NCBI RefSeq assembly: GCF_006345805.1
Contig: NC_043000.1
Coordinates: 110,546,001-110,610,000 of the forward strand
Length of the DNA stretch: 64,000 nucleotides
Reading direction: 5' to 3'
Source: Octopus sinensis
Taxonomy: Eukaryota
Shown: piece after piece, positions 1 through 13,821 of the stretch
How positions within the stretch are numbered: the stretch's first letter is position 1
How the letters are laid out: every line of letters starts with the position of its first letter
The notes under the pieces: model-generated
The model's input: only the letters and a program-made list of their open reading frames with translations
Database searches by the model: none
What the model was told of the DNA's origin: nothing
Translations under genes and position numbers: made by a program

Positions 1-53
1 CGGAATTTGAACTCAAAACGTAACGCGGACGAAATACCGCTAAGCATTTCGCC
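1..53 (-). mobile_element. Family-A tRNA-derived SINE fragment (cut by window edge)
   Basis: Matches 5' part of fuller copies at 12724-12953 and 42711-42942. Confidence 0.7.
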
Positions 54-216
54 TGTAAATATTTAGTAGAAGCAACAGAGTGACTCAAGGGCCGAGAGGT
101 TCGTGATAGCTTGCGAAAGTGTCTTTTACTTTAGCCCCGGTTGACTAAATCCTTGTGAATAGATTACGTAGACAGAAACTAAAAGAAGCGTGTATGCGCG
201 TGTGTATGTGTGTGTG

Positions 217-252
<36 letters not shown>

Positions 253-270
253 TAATATGATATATATATA

Positions 271-311
<41 letters not shown>

Positions 312-379
312 ATATATATATATATATAGATATATATATAATAGATATATATATATATTATATATATATATATATATAT

Positions 380-419
<40 letters not shown>

Positions 420-691
420 GGAGCGCAATGGCCCAGTGGTTAGGGCAGCGAACTCGCGGTCGTAGGTTCGCGGTTTCGATTCCCAGACCGGGCATTGTGA
501 GTGTTTATTGAGCGAAAGCATCTAAAAGCTCCACTCTTTCGCCACAACTTGCTCTCACTCTTTCTTCTGTTGGCCTGCTCGCTTAACCACTGAGGTGACG
601 TCATTTGAAGGCTAAAACAATGTGAAGTGCATTGTGACCAGCGATGTGTAGCAACTTCTGATAGCCTGGTCGGTCACGGTGATCACGGTGA
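420..691 (+). mobile_element. Family-C tRNA-derived SINE nested in the internal microsatellite of a degenerate family-B SINE (~135-850)
   Basis: Box A TGGCCCAGTGG and box B GGTTTCGATTCC; same head as 7861 and 42204. Confidence 0.75.
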
Positions 692-1648
692 TATATATAT
701 ATGTGACTGTGTGTGTGTGTATGCGTGTGTGTGTGTGTGTATGTGTGTTTCCCGTCACCACTTGACAACCGGGGTTGATCAGTTCGACTAAAACCTTTTA
801 AGGCCCTGCCCCAGCATCAAATGATTAAAACAAATGGAAGATAAAAAGTTTCACACGTATCATTTATTCTATCACCCGGTTTGACCCCACCGTCATCGCC
901 CCCACCTGGCCGTTGGGAACCTGGGTTCGATATCACTGCCAGGTATCATGAGCAAAGTCTCGGTCCACCCCAGGCGACACTTTTGGACGGCACTTGTGGG
1001 TATGCTGTATATGCTACTTTAGGTTTGGGCTCTCGGTGGTGATCGTGTGGGCGACGAACTCAAGGGCTGCTTCAGACGACACACACACACTCTAGCTATG
1101 CCACTGGATTAAGTTAATAGTACCCAAACCTATAGTATACTCAACCATATATACGCTAATTCAGTGAGCAGGTAATTCTGAGCAGGTAATCCAACTGATT
1201 GAACAACTGAGTCCGCTTCGTCGAAACTGACGGAAATCCACGTATATTCTTTTGCAAGCATTTAAGGCCAGATCTTTGCTCTAAGGGTAAGTACCACACT
1301 CACTCCCTTCCTTACACCAGGCTTACAGTGTCTTGTCAATACCAAAGAATAACTTGTAGAAACATATATACTGCTCTATCTTTGTAATATCTACAGACTG
1401 TGTCTGTCTAATTAACATGTACTGACTGGGTCTTATCAGCGCTTTTATATACACTCACTGTTCCTGCGTTCAGTGTAACCTAGATGGCATCTTTACATAA
1501 GATCTATCTCAACAACGCTCTCTGCTGTATCTCTCCCCAGCTCATTTCGTTTACTTAACAAAGCAGTGTATATATTTATTGTGTGACAGCATCTATTTCG
1601 GTTCGGCACTTCCACCGCGAACAGCCGAGTGCTACACACTTACTCCGA

Positions 1649-1740
<92 letters not shown>

Positions 1741-1852
1741 CACAGAAAATATACAGTGAAAATATAAACAAACTCCTACGCTAAGACATATCGCTTTCTC
1801 TCTTACGCACGCATATGTGTATGTGTTTGTGTGTGTGTGTTTGTGTATAATA

Positions 1853-1901
<49 letters not shown>

Positions 1902-2194
1902 GTCAATATCGTGTATAGGATGAGATATAGCGATAAAGATGAGTCAAGTACCTAATTTATATTACAATCATTTCATCTTTAAAAATGTATTTTGCACAAT
2001 AACACATTGTTCTCTGACTCGCTATCGTCACCACCACCACCGCTACTACTACTACTACCGCACCAAACTCCATGACTGTTAACGCTATCACGTTTAGTAC
2101 AAATACTAACAATTTTTTATCGCTAATCACTGAACACTGCAGTGTCACTAACTCTGTAAAACTTCTGGTACTACATCGCTATAGGACAATACTA

Positions 2195-2245
<51 letters not shown>

Positions 2246-2250
2246 CTACC

Positions 2251-2285
<35 letters not shown>

Positions 2286-2769
2286 AACTACTACTACTAC
2301 TACTACAATGTATACACACACACACATACACACACAAACACACACACACATACAAACACACTCACACACACATAAATGTAAGATCTAAGGATCGAAGTGT
2401 AGGAAGAAAGTAAGCTTCAAGCAATCCGTAGAGAATATAAAAAGCAAAAACTTATGCGCGCGCGCGTGTGCGTGCGTGCGTGTGTGTGTGGATGTGTGGA
2501 TGCGCGCGCGCGCGCGCGTGTGTGTGCGTGCGTGTGTGGATGCGCGCGTGTGTGTGTGTGTGTGCATGCGTGCATGTGCGTGTGTATGTGTGTGCGTTGT
2601 GTGTGCGTGTATTACACACAAACACACACGCACGCATACACATATGCGTGCGTAAGAAAGAAAGCGATGTGTGTTAGCGCAGGAATTTGTTTATATTTTC
2701 ACTCTGTGTGTGTGTTTGTGTGTGTGTGCGCGCGTGCGTGCGTGTGTATGTGTGTGTGTTCCCTTCCTA

Positions 2770-3088
2770 TGATTCTTTCTCCTCGGAGGAGCTGGTTTCT
2801 AACAAGGATACAGAACCGCATCATTGGAATGTAGATAACAACAACAGTGTCACGTTTTAAACTTGAGAAAAATCCCGCACATTTTTATTGTTACACTTAC
2901 AGATTGCATTTGTGTTGTGCGAATTAACTCGGTGTTTTATTCTTCTGAAAACCCTGGCTTTTCCAGCCTGTCACTTGGGCATTTACTCACAAAACCAACT
3001 GCACCGATTATTATTGATACAAATGTGAATTTATAATCTGGATATAGAAGCTGGAGGTTTCGAAGCAGTCGTCCATAGTTATTCTATT
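2770..3088 (-). mobile_element. R4/Dong-like non-LTR retrotransposon 3' fragment
   Basis: Minus strand reads NNYGRLLRNLQLLYPDYKFTFVSIIIGAVGFVSKC, homologous to 47455-47724; 5' end abuts (TATG)n. Confidence 0.7.
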
Positions 3089-3184
3089 AATGTATGTATG
3101 TATGTATGTATGTATTATGTATGTATGTATGATGTATGTATGTATGTATGTATGTATGTATGTATGTATGTATGTATGTATGTT

Positions 3185-3400
3185 CATTTTCAAAATGTGG
3201 CTACATTGTTTCGTTGTCGATTTGTTTTTGTCTGTTTTCCTTTTCTCTTGGGCTTTCCTGTCTCCTGTTTCTGAAGAAGAGCTTTGCTCGAAGCATAAAA
3301 CCACCTTCCATTCCTTCCCTGAGCGTCTATTAATACTTTGCATGTACCACGTCCTCACGTTGTCGTTTTTTTGTTTAGTGTTTTTTTCTTTTTGGGGGAT
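3185..3400 (+). mobile_element. Penelope-like 3' terminal fragment
   Basis: Similar to the reverse complement of 58369-58570 and 12335-12530; contains an HHR motif. Confidence 0.6.
3267..3301 (+). ncRNA. Degenerate type I hammerhead motif
   Basis: GTTT-CTGAAGA-A-GAGC ttt GCTC-GAAG-CA-TA-AAAC (GAAA changed to GAAG). Confidence 0.55.
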
Positions 3401-4181
3401 TAACTATGTATGTATGTATGTATGTATGTATGTATGTATGTAGTATGTATGTATGTATGTATGTATGATGTTATATATATATATATATATCTATATATAT
3501 ATATAGATATATATATATTACATACATATGTATGTACGTATGTATGTTTGTATGTATTACTGATGGTGGTCTTGCTCATCGTTGCACAGTGTAGGACTGT
3601 AGGAAAATGACCATTACGCTTTGGCCGTCTGTCTGCAGGACGAAAGCTGAAATCTTCCAGTAACATCCTCTACCCGTCTCTCGTTCTCCATTGCCTCTGT
3701 CCCTACGACTACTGCACACTTAAGAAGACAGTATTACTACTAATGTTTTGCTTTACCGAATAACCTGTACAATGAATATTATCATTATAATAAGCATGGC
3801 TTGTGCACGTCCAATCTCATCCTCTTGTTCTTCAAACTTGTATTGGTCCTGGTATAACAAGTGCAGCGAGGCCAATAGATACCAGGACGCTGGAGTTTTG
3901 TGGAATTATCTTCTCTTAGATGAGCTGTTAAGGAACTCAAGACCTCATCTGCTCCGGGTTCGTTTGGGTGTTTGCGTGTGACCTTTCTTCAAAGGCAATT
4001 CCATGGCATGTCCATCAGCGTGTAGTTGGAACTCTGACAGATGTAACGACTCCGGGTTAGTGTTGACCGGGGAAGAATACTGACTGAGAGTAATCCTACA
4101 TTCTTGAAAACCCTGGAAAACCGGAACTTGGTCCTCACTACCTGATGTAACTTAAAATCATATCCTCCACATGCACACACA

Positions 4182-4218
<37 letters not shown>

Positions 4219-4634
4219 CACACACACACACACACAAATAACGAGTCGAGTTTTCACTTAATTGTGTGATTGTGCAGTACTCAGCGTCGATGCTGGCGAA
4301 GGACCCATCACCAAAACCAATGCCCCAACGCATGTCTTTTCGTAAACTTGTAAATGTCTTAAAATTTCAATAGACTTCTGCGAATATTTATTTAGATTTA
4401 TTTAACTACGAAATGAAAACAGATTCATACATAATTAATTAATCAGTTGAATAATTAATGAATTTAATTAGTATGTGTGATACTGTTATTGCTTGTTATA
4501 ATTTCATAGGAAATATCTTGCTTATTATCTGCTGCAATTTATATATTTTGGTTGGTGAATGAGGGGCGAGTTTGTTTGGAGAAGAGATAACTTTCAATAG
4601 ATAACGGCTGTTTCGCTGTGTGATTATGTAAACA

Positions 4635-4814
4635 TCATGGTGATGGTGGAGATGGTGATGATGATGGTGGAGATGATGATGATGATGAGGATGATGATGA
4701 CGATGATGAGACGATAAAGTGTTGAAAAGAATGATTATGACTGTGAAGGTGATGAAGATGATGACGATAACGATTGTGATGATAACAACGACAACGACGA
4801 CGATGACGATGATA

Positions 4815-4854
<40 letters not shown>

Positions 4855-5040
4855 CGACGATGATGATGGTGGTGATGATGATGGTGGTGATGATGATGGT
4901 GGTGGTGGAGGTGTTGAAAAGAAATTATGAATATGAAATGATAAAGATAGTGATGACGAATATAATAAGAGTTGTGGTAGCACTTTTCCTCCTCCTCCTT
5001 CTCCTCATCATTATCATCATCATCATTATTATGATTATTA
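4635..5040. repeat. (GAT/GGT)n trinucleotide microsatellite cluster
   Basis: Visible directly. Confidence 0.9.
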
Positions 5041-5323
5041 TTTTTCAAACTCATACATTGCTAATTTAATTAGCGGGTATTTTTATCTTGAAGTTTGGTG
5101 ACAACAAATCTCTTCAATTCTCAAGAATCGTCCTTCGAATTCTTGCAGAACTAAACAATGCTACTTTTTTGCAGGTTGACAATGCGAGTCTCACTTCCCA
5201 ATCACTTCCTTATCCCCTCCTCTAAAATGGCTGCCCCTGTGGAAAAATCGAAACCATTATTATTATTATTATTATTATTGTTGTTGTTGTTGTTTTTGTT
5301 GTTGTTGTTATTATTATTATTCA

Positions 5324-5545
5324 GGCGGTGAGCTGGTAGAATCGTTAGCACGTCGCCAAGATACTTAGCGGCGTTTCGTTTGTACTCAGTTCTGAGTTCA
5401 AATTCCACTGAGGTCGACTCTACCTTTCATCCTTTCGGAGTCGATAATATAAGTACCAGTTGAACACTGGGGTCGATGTAATCAACTGCCCCTTCCACAC
5501 CGCCACCAATATTTCAGGCATTACGTTTATAAGTAGAAGGGATTA
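5324..5545 (+). mobile_element. Family-A tRNA-derived SINE
   Basis: GGCGGTGAGCTGGTAGAA head, GAGTTCAAATTCC box B, central GAGGTCGAC...TTTCATCCTTTCGG...GATAA...AGTACCAG. Confidence 0.75.
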
Positions 5546-5794
5546 TTATTGTGAAGATGACTGAAATACCATTCATAATGACGATGTCCTTTCATGGCAA
5601 TGACGATGCTTTTCTTTTATGATGGTGGTGGTGGTGGTGGTGGTGATATTGATGATGATGATGATAACGATTACCTCTCCTTTTTTGCATCTGAAATTAC
5701 AGTAGAAATAACCGTTCGACCATCCCATTGCTCCACCCTCAGCCACACCCTACACACACTCCCTTCGCCTACGGCCAGAATTACCTGCAGCTGC

Positions 5795-6780
5795 AACACC
5801 ACCACTACTACCACCACCACCACCACCATCACCACCACCACCATAAATACTGTTAAGACCACTAACACCGCCACTACTACCAACACCAACACCACCAACA
5901 TCACCATCACGGCCACCGCCACCACCGTTAACTGCGCCATCGCCTCTAACAGCATGCCTACCAATCACAAGTCCTAACACCAAGGTCATCATCATCATCA
6001 TCATCATTGTCGTTGTCGTCGTCGTCATTATCATCATCAGCATCATCAGCATCATCACATTAATTACCACCACCACCACCACCACCACAGTCGCCACCAC
6101 CACAGTCGACACCACCACAGTCGCCACCACCACCACCACCACCACCATAGTCGCCACTGCCGCCTTCACCGCCGCCTCCACCGCCACCGCCACCGCCGCC
6201 GCCACCGCCACCGTCGCCACCGTCGCCGCCACCTCCGTCGCCACCGCCGCCGCCACCTCCGTCGCCACCGCCGCCGCCGCCTCCGTCGCCGCCGCCACCA
6301 CTGCCGCCATCGCCGCCGCCGCCACCGCCGCCATCGCAAATAACAATAATGGAAACAGCAACAACACTTCAACCATCATCATCGTCATCATCATCATCGC
6401 CGCCGCCGCCCTCTTCTCATCCCCCCAACCACCACTAACAACAACAAAAGCAACCTTTCAACTACATTCCCGCTGTCGCCGCCGCCTCTGCTACTCTCGC
6501 CGCGACCACCACCACCACCATCACCACCACTACTACTACCGCTACCACCACCAACGCAAACAATTAAAAAACAAGTGATATTTGCCTGAAATATTTCTCA
6601 ATGAATCTCTCGAAATGTACTTCCGCCAAAACAACCGTCGCCACCACCACCACCACCACCACCACTATCAGAATCCCCCACCCCTCATCATCACCACCTC
6701 CATCACTACCACTACCACCACCACCACCACTACCACGACAAGCTCCAATGCAATCGCGATCACCACGACCGTCATCAAGA
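5795..6780. repeat. (CAC/CGC/CAT)n low-complexity trinucleotide region
   Basis: Visible directly; explains poly-A/V/T/H pseudo-ORFs. Confidence 0.9.
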
Positions 6781-7350
6781 CAGTACAGCTTATCTCCTTT
6801 TACGGCGCTCTCCTGAAATAGAAGTCTTATTAAACAAGCAGACAGCGGCCTCTATGTGTAAGAACTGGTGCAGAGTCACTGTTACGCTGAATATATTGAG
6901 AATGAACGTGTTGTCATAACTGTGATTGGTTTTTCTGATAAGGAGACTTGGTGCTTGTTACACAGAGTGGAGGCTTCGGGAGATCAGCGTCTGATCTAGT
7001 CTCAGGCAACTGATAAATTCCAATACACTGTTCTAGTGTAAACATACTTGTTTATACATGTGTGTGTGTATTTGCCATAAATTCTCATTGCAGGCAGAGG
7101 AATGAAGGGTACTCACACGAATGATCTACGAACAGCTAAATATGCTTGGGCAATCTCCTTTATTTTTCTGCGTACGAAGTGAGTAAACAAGTGTATTCCC
7201 ACGTGTATAAAATTCTATAGTGAAGGGATGAAAGCTGTAGTCTAAATATTTTAAATTTATCTTAATTTTTCTAATACAAGGTTTATGTATATAAACCTAT
7301 AAAGTTAGAAGAAAAATGAAAACGATGTTTTATGGAATGTCTATTTACTC

Positions 7351-7390
<40 letters not shown>

Positions 7391-7860
7391 TGCGTGTGCG
7401 TGTGTGTGTGTTTTGAGCCTGTGTGTATATGTATATATGTCTGTCTTTGTACAAATTTATTCTTCTTTCAGACAATGTAAATTCATAATAAACTCGATTC
7501 GTAGAGTTAAGAAGAATTTAAGACAACGTGGTGTTTCAATCTGGTTGTGTCTCTTCAGTGAAAACTGACTCCGGGCTGAAGAACAGAAACGAGAATTGTG
7601 CTTCTTGTTCAGCAAACGCTTGATTTGCTGGTTCGTATTGATGTCTGCCAAACCGATGATAATCTCCGTGTGCTCGGAGAACAACGAGAATAAGAGCAAT
7701 GAAGTCATACTCATGCTTAATATTCATTCTTAACCAAACATTTCGGTTGCTATGTTTGGTCATTGATTGCGATATAAACTCATTTATACATGCACCGTAT
7801 ATGATAGACTCAAAAATCCGACAAAAATATATACGGTGCCATCCACTGCTTTCAAGTGTG

Positions 7861-8150
7861 GAGGCACATGGCCTAGTGGTTAGAGCAGCGGACTCGCGGT
7901 CGAGGGATCGCGGGTTCGAATCTCGGACCGGGTGATGTGTATGTTTATGAGCGAAACACCTAAGCTCCACGCGGCTCCGGCAGAAGGTAATGGCGAACTT
8001 CTGCTGACTCTTTCGCCACAACTTTCTCTCACTCTTTCCTCCTGCATCTTGCAGCTCACCAGCGACGGACCGGCGTCCCGTCCAGGTGGGGAACCTATAC
8101 GTCAAGGAAACCGGCTCTTATGAGCCAGGCAAGGCTCGAGAACGAACAAA
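7861..8150 (+). mobile_element. Family-C tRNA-derived SINE with TSD
   Basis: Box A/B (TGGCCTAGTGG, GGTTCGAATCT); ACTGCTTTCAAG duplicated on both flanks. Confidence 0.8.
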
Positions 8151-8669
8151 ACCGTAAAACTGCTTTCAAGAGGCGCTACTCAGCTCTACTCAGTTCATTT
8201 CCAAAGTTAAACACAATTAATCCACCCGATTACCAAATACCCACTATCACATGATTAATAACAATCTTTACAATCTTACGTGGTCTAATATTAAAACTGG
8301 AAGACCTTACTGGGCGTAGTTCGTGCTATGACATATCTTTTATTCTAATCTAACATCGAAGTCCTCAACTTTCTGTTTATAGCTACATTATAATAATATT
8401 TTTACGGTTTCTTATGTATTTCCGACATTATTTTCACTTTAATTTGTCTTCTTACTTTGGCTTTTTACTCATTTTCTACTTTCTTTTGCCGACTTTTGTA
8501 TGTTCTGCCTGTACAGATGCTTTCAAAGTGTTCAAACTGCTGGAAACTATAGCTGACATATTTGCACGCTAACCGATATCTCTTTGGCTTCTTTCCCAAT
8601 CTCCTCCACTTTAATTTTACGGAGATGTACTTGCATAGCAAGTAACCTGATCTGAGAGCGTGTGCTGGA

Positions 8670-8905
8670 ACGAAAACAATTGCAGCGTGGAAGGTGTTTA
8701 TAAACCATTTAAGAAACACAAAACCCGTTAGATTCACTTCAACATTTAAATTCAATTTGCCAAAATATTTTCGTCGCTTCGAGACCGCGATCTGTTCACT
8801 GACAAAACTCCGAGTCTATCATAATTTGACAAATTAAATTTAAATGTTGAAGTGACTCTAACGGTTTTTGTGAGTTTCTTAAATGGCTTATAAATGCCTT
8901 CCACT
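8670..8905. mobile_element. Fold-back repeat, same family as 19574-19830
   Basis: Arms 8688-8762 and 8825-8903 are inverted copies. Confidence 0.7.
8756..8806 (-). ncRNA. Type I hammerhead motif, G3-C8 core variant
   Basis: Minus: TTTGTCA-GTGAACA-GA-TCGC ggtctcgaa GCGA-C-GAAA-ATAT-TT-TGGCAAA. Confidence 0.6.
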
Positions 8906-9285
8906 TTAATTGTTTTCGTTTTATCGTCCGTCTTCACACTCTATTCTTCGAGTCTGACATACAGCTTGTCTTGCCCGAATTTTTGCCGCCCGAATGGTCT
9001 TTTATCCATTGTAAATCTTCCCCCTTTTCTCCTTTCTTTGTTCCCCCTACACACTGCCTCTCGTTTTATCCCTCCCTCTCTCTCTTTTTCATTTTTATCT
9101 CTAATCTGTTCATTATTGTCGTGTTACCTGTTCAAATACAATACGCTAGAAATGAACAACACAGGTGGAAGAACATTTAATGAATACACACACACAAACA
9201 TATTATATGTATGTGTGTAAGTATGTATGTATATATATATATATGTGTAGTGTGGGTGTGCGTGTGTGAGTATGTATATTATATA

Positions 9286-9339
<54 letters not shown>

Positions 9340-9870
9340 TAAGAGAGTGGTCACTATATGGCTCACTCTAGCACCAGTTAATCCAAAAGGTTTCAGCCAC
9401 AAAAATACATGTTTCCCATGAAGTCAGTACGATTGTTAGCTCACACGGACAGGGAAATAAAAAATAACAAAAATACAGATTATTTTGGGACAATTGTTTC
9501 GCTATTAATGAATTAAATGTAATTTTACTTACAAAAAAATCCACTTGTAGCTCGTCAGCCAAAACTATCTGGATGAATCCACTCAATCACACGCCAGATT
9601 TTACCATAACGATAAATACACGTGTGGTTCAATTGATTACATCCGACGTTATAATTCAAATGCCCCAACTAACAGCGCGCCAAACTTTCACGGAAAACAA
9701 ATACTGCATTTAGAAATAAATGTAGCATAATTATAATTATATTTATTTTGTAAAAATATTATAATATATTGTAAAATATTATAATAATCCAGGTTTCTCG
9801 GAGCACTAGGCCACTTGGTGTTGAATGGATATACTATTAAATTAGTATCTAATTCTCTCACCCTTATTAA

Positions 9871-9911
<41 letters not shown>

Positions 9912-9912
<1 letters not shown>

Positions 9913-10303
9913 TCGCAGTATCGCCCGGCGTTGCTTGGGGTTGTTTTGACCCTTTAGAATTGGAAATTTTGAAAAGTAAAAATTTTGCATTATGAAGCTT
10001 GTTATTCTCTTTAAGTGAACATTTTTCTGGTTGAAATACATCGAATATGGCGGCACAGCAATCAAAAATCGTAAAAGATAGGGATTTTCATAGAAAAAAA
10101 GCACCTTTTTGATGTAAATAATTTTTGGTGTTAACACGGTCCGATTTGAATTTTTTCTTCTACGGAAGGAAGAGCAAGCCTTCTTCTACCAAACCCTCAA
10201 TTTTGGTCAGTTTGTGCCGCAGGGTCTCGGAGGAGATAGTGTTAGTTGAAGGCTACCAAACCTGCCACACACAGACAACTTCAGCTTTATATATAGAGAG
10301 AGA
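9912..10303 (-). mobile_element. Non-autonomous Helitron
   Basis: 5' TC...TATATATAAAG start; 3' CAACGCCGGG hairpin and mutated CTAG; same family as 26515-26886. Confidence 0.75.
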
Positions 10304-10560
10304 TATACATAATACAACGAATGGTTTACATCTGGTAGCTTACTGGTAAAGCACGGTCACTTTCACAGTGTTCGTTATGTATATGGCAAATGAAAGACAG
10401 AAGATGGATTATACGAGAATTTATTATTAATCACGACACTTGTTTGGACACATCTAGCATTGATTCCTCTTGGGTGGGACACTCAACAACTGGTTCAGGA
10501 GAATCCGGCGATGAAGATGTGTGTCAGTTTCATTTACCATATATATATACATATAATATA

Positions 10561-10616
<56 letters not shown>

Positions 10617-10845
10617 TATATATATATATATATATATGCTTCCATTTCCTGAGCGCCTATTAATAATAATACTGTAATTGTTCCATTGTTGTTGTTTTTT
10701 TGTTTCCCGTTTGGATTAAAATATATATATATATATATACACCGGAGTAAACACATAAATGTGAAACAAGGTGGAAAAAAGAGTACTCAAATACCAGTGG
10801 TAGAGTAATATGCTTTATTTAAAGCAGCAGAAAATTCAACAAAAT

Positions 10846-10883
10846 CTGTTACTCTGAGTTTCTCGTTGCCGTTCATCAGACAG
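10846..10883 (-). ncRNA. Type I hammerhead motif
   Basis: Reverse complement of 12243-12280. Confidence 0.7.
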
Positions 10884-12242
10884 TTTTTGCTAGATATATC
10901 AATTCAATCCAGACTCTTACAAACGCTACACCTTTTAAAAAAATGGACTTGTTTGATTGGCCCTTTAGAAATAACGGTCAATCTTCGAGCGATAAACAAA
11001 AAATGAGCTCAAAAATATATGTATATATATATAAAAAATTATAAAAATTATAAAATTCGAGAAAAAAACCTTACTTTGAATAAAATACATTGACATTAAT
11101 GAAGAAAATATAATTAATGCATAGAATTTAAAACGCATTATAAATATTACACTGCAATACATATTCATATTAAAGTGTACATATATATATCAACATACAC
11201 AGAAGGATGCGTGCAAACACCATACATATACAGACCTATAAATATAAATCTAAAATACACACACAAATGCATGCATACATATATGTACGCAATCTATCTC
11301 GCACGCAAGTTAAAATCATCGATGTAGCGTTTCTCATTTACTGAGTAAAGCTTAAGTAAGGGGGACGTATATTTTTCATTATTGCACTCGCCTTTTTTTA
11401 AAAGCAATGTTGTCAAAAATTAGAATTTTGATAGAAATATGTGTATAGCCATGGATATGTATTTGTAAGCATGCGTCTCTGTGTATGTGTAAGTGAGCGT
11501 ATGTTTGTGCTTAAGCACACACATACACGACTGTATGTGTATGTATCCATTCGAACTTGTGTATTTGTATACTTGTCTCCATATATGTCAATAACGCGGT
11601 TACACAGCTTGTATACATAATTTTTCTTATTTCGTTTTTTCCCCACCCCTCCTTTTTCTTTTTTCCTTCCCCCTTCTTTGTTCCTTTTTCTCTCTCTTCC
11701 TTTCTTTCGTTTTTTTCTCTAACTGATACTGATACAACTTTACGTCCCCCTTACTTAAGCTTGTGCTCAGTAAATGAGAAACGCTACATCGATGATTTTA
11801 ACTTGCGTGCGAGATAGATTGCGTACATATATGTATGCATGCATTTGTGTGTATATTTTAGATTTATATTTATACGTCTGTATATGTATGGCGTTTGCAC
11901 GCATCCTTCTGTGTATGTTGATATATATATATGTACACTTTAATATGAATATGTATTGCAGTGTAATATTTATAATGCGTTTTAAATTCTATGCATTAAT
12001 TATATTTTCTTCATTAATGTCAATATGTATTTTATTCAATGTAAGGTTTTTTCCTCGAATTTTATAATTTTTATAATTTTTTTATATATATATACATATA
12101 TTTTTGAGCTCATTTTTTGTTTATCGCTCGAAGATTGACCGTTATTTCTAAAGGGCCAATCAAACAAGTCCATTTTTTTAAAAGGTGTAGCGTTTGTAAG
12201 AGTCTGGATTGAATTGATATATCGGTTCCATTCTAGCAAAAA

Positions 12243-12280
12243 CTGTCTGATGAACGGCAACGAGAAACTCAGAGTAACAG
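12243..12280 (+). ncRNA. Type I hammerhead motif
   Basis: CTGT-CTGATGA-A-CG gcaa CG-A-GAAA-CTCAGAG-TA-ACAG. Confidence 0.7.
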
Positions 12281-12434
12281 ATTTTGTTGAATTTTCTGCT
12301 GCTTTAAATAAAGTATATATATATTGGTTTGATCTGGAGGTGGGGGAGAGTTTACGAAAAAAAACAAAAGACGAAGACAGGTGGTGTACAAAACAAACAG
12401 ATGTATTAGTATAACGCTGAGGAATAGAAAAAGT

Positions 12435-12470
12435 CTTTTACGTTTCGAGCCTATGCTCTTCTACAGAAAG
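12435..12470 (-). ncRNA. Type I hammerhead motif (A6U) in a Penelope-like terminal fragment (~12335-12530)
   Basis: Minus: CTTT-CTGTAGA-A-GAGC atag GCTC-GAAA-CG-TA-AAAG. Confidence 0.55.
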
Positions 12471-12529
12471 GGACACAGAAAAAAGCAAAGAGAGAAAAAA
12501 ATGTGTGTAGTGGCTAACGATCTATCATG

Positions 12530-12571
<42 letters not shown>

Positions 12572-12723
12572 TCATACTGATTATTTTGGTGCTTGTGAAA
12601 GTAGTGAATGGAGAGAAATAAGTTCATATTCCGATACTAAATGGAACTTTAATAATTCTTGCTCGTTTGAAGTTGAAATCTCCTTTACATTAATTTTGCC
12701 TTGGAGACGCACAAAGCAAAATG

Positions 12724-12953
12724 TATTTCTTTATTGCCAACAAGGGGCTAAACATAAAGGGGACAAACAAGGACAGACAAAGGGATTAAGCCGATTACAT
12801 CGACCTTAGTATGTAACTGGTACTTTATTTATCGACCCCGAAAGGATGAAAGGCAAAGTCGACCTCGGTGGAATTTAAACTCAGAACGTAACGACAGACG
12901 AAATACGGCTACGCATTTCGCCCGGCGTGCTAACGTTTCTGCCAGCTCACCGC
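12724..12953 (-). mobile_element. Family-A SINE, full length with TSD
   Basis: CGCACAAAGCAAAATGT present on both flanks. Confidence 0.8.
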
Positions 12954-13015
12954 ACAAAGCAAAATGTTCTGTTTGTTGATGGTATATGTGCTTCTGTGTG
13001 TGTGTGTGTGTGTGT

Positions 13016-13054
<39 letters not shown>

Positions 13055-13291
13055 TGTGTGTGTGGTGAGTGTGTGTGTGTGTATGTGTGTGAGTTGTGTG
13101 TGTCTACGTGTCTCAATGACAGCCAGTGACAGAATGTGAGGCAGCGAATGAAGAAAAAAAAAGAAAGCGGGCAACACTAATACGAAGAAGAAAATGGAGG
13201 AAGAGGAGGAGGAGGACAATGATGATAATGATGATGATGAGAATTGAAACGGGAAATTGATAGATAGATAGATAGATAGATAGATATAGAT

Positions 13292-13335
<44 letters not shown>

Positions 13336-13769
13336 TAAGTGATGTGAGTATCTCCAATACGGCTATGTTAGAATCTCTTTTAACATGAATGACGCAAAAA
13401 TCAGCAAATGCCGTCCAACATCGCATAATAAGGTTGAACATAACGCTTACTAGTTCTGCTTTTCTCTCTCTCTCTCTTTCTCTGCCTTTCTCTCCCCCCT
13501 CTCTCTTTCTCCTCATTCTCTTTTTCTTTCTGTATTTGTGTGTATGCGAGTTCATGCGCGCGCATGTATGTGTGTATGTGCATGTGATAGAGAAAGAAAA
13601 ATTGCTCGTGTGCCTACGTATTTGTGCATATATATACAGTTAAGTATGCATATCTTTGCGCTCTTATTTATGTATATATATATAGTTGGGAGCAGATCTT
13701 CAGAAGCGAGAGGAAGCCGAGAGGGTATGCTCCCATTTTCAGTGTTTTCAAATCCAAACCAGGGAGTTC

Positions 13770-13821
13770 TGAGCTGATGATAGAAATGTCGTGTTGACTA
13801 ATCTTGAAACGTACGTTCTCA
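13770..13821 (+). ncRNA. Type I hammerhead motif
   Basis: TGAG-CTGATGA-T-AGA aat GTC gtgtt GAC taa TCT-T-GAAA-CGTACG-TT-CTCA. Confidence 0.65.

Larger units (their letters stand above)
10741..12313. mobile_element. Penelope-like insertion with ~555-bp inverted repeat
   Basis: Arms 10812-11369 and 11741-12313 are near-identical reverse complements, each with an HHR; (TA)n flanks. Confidence 0.7.
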
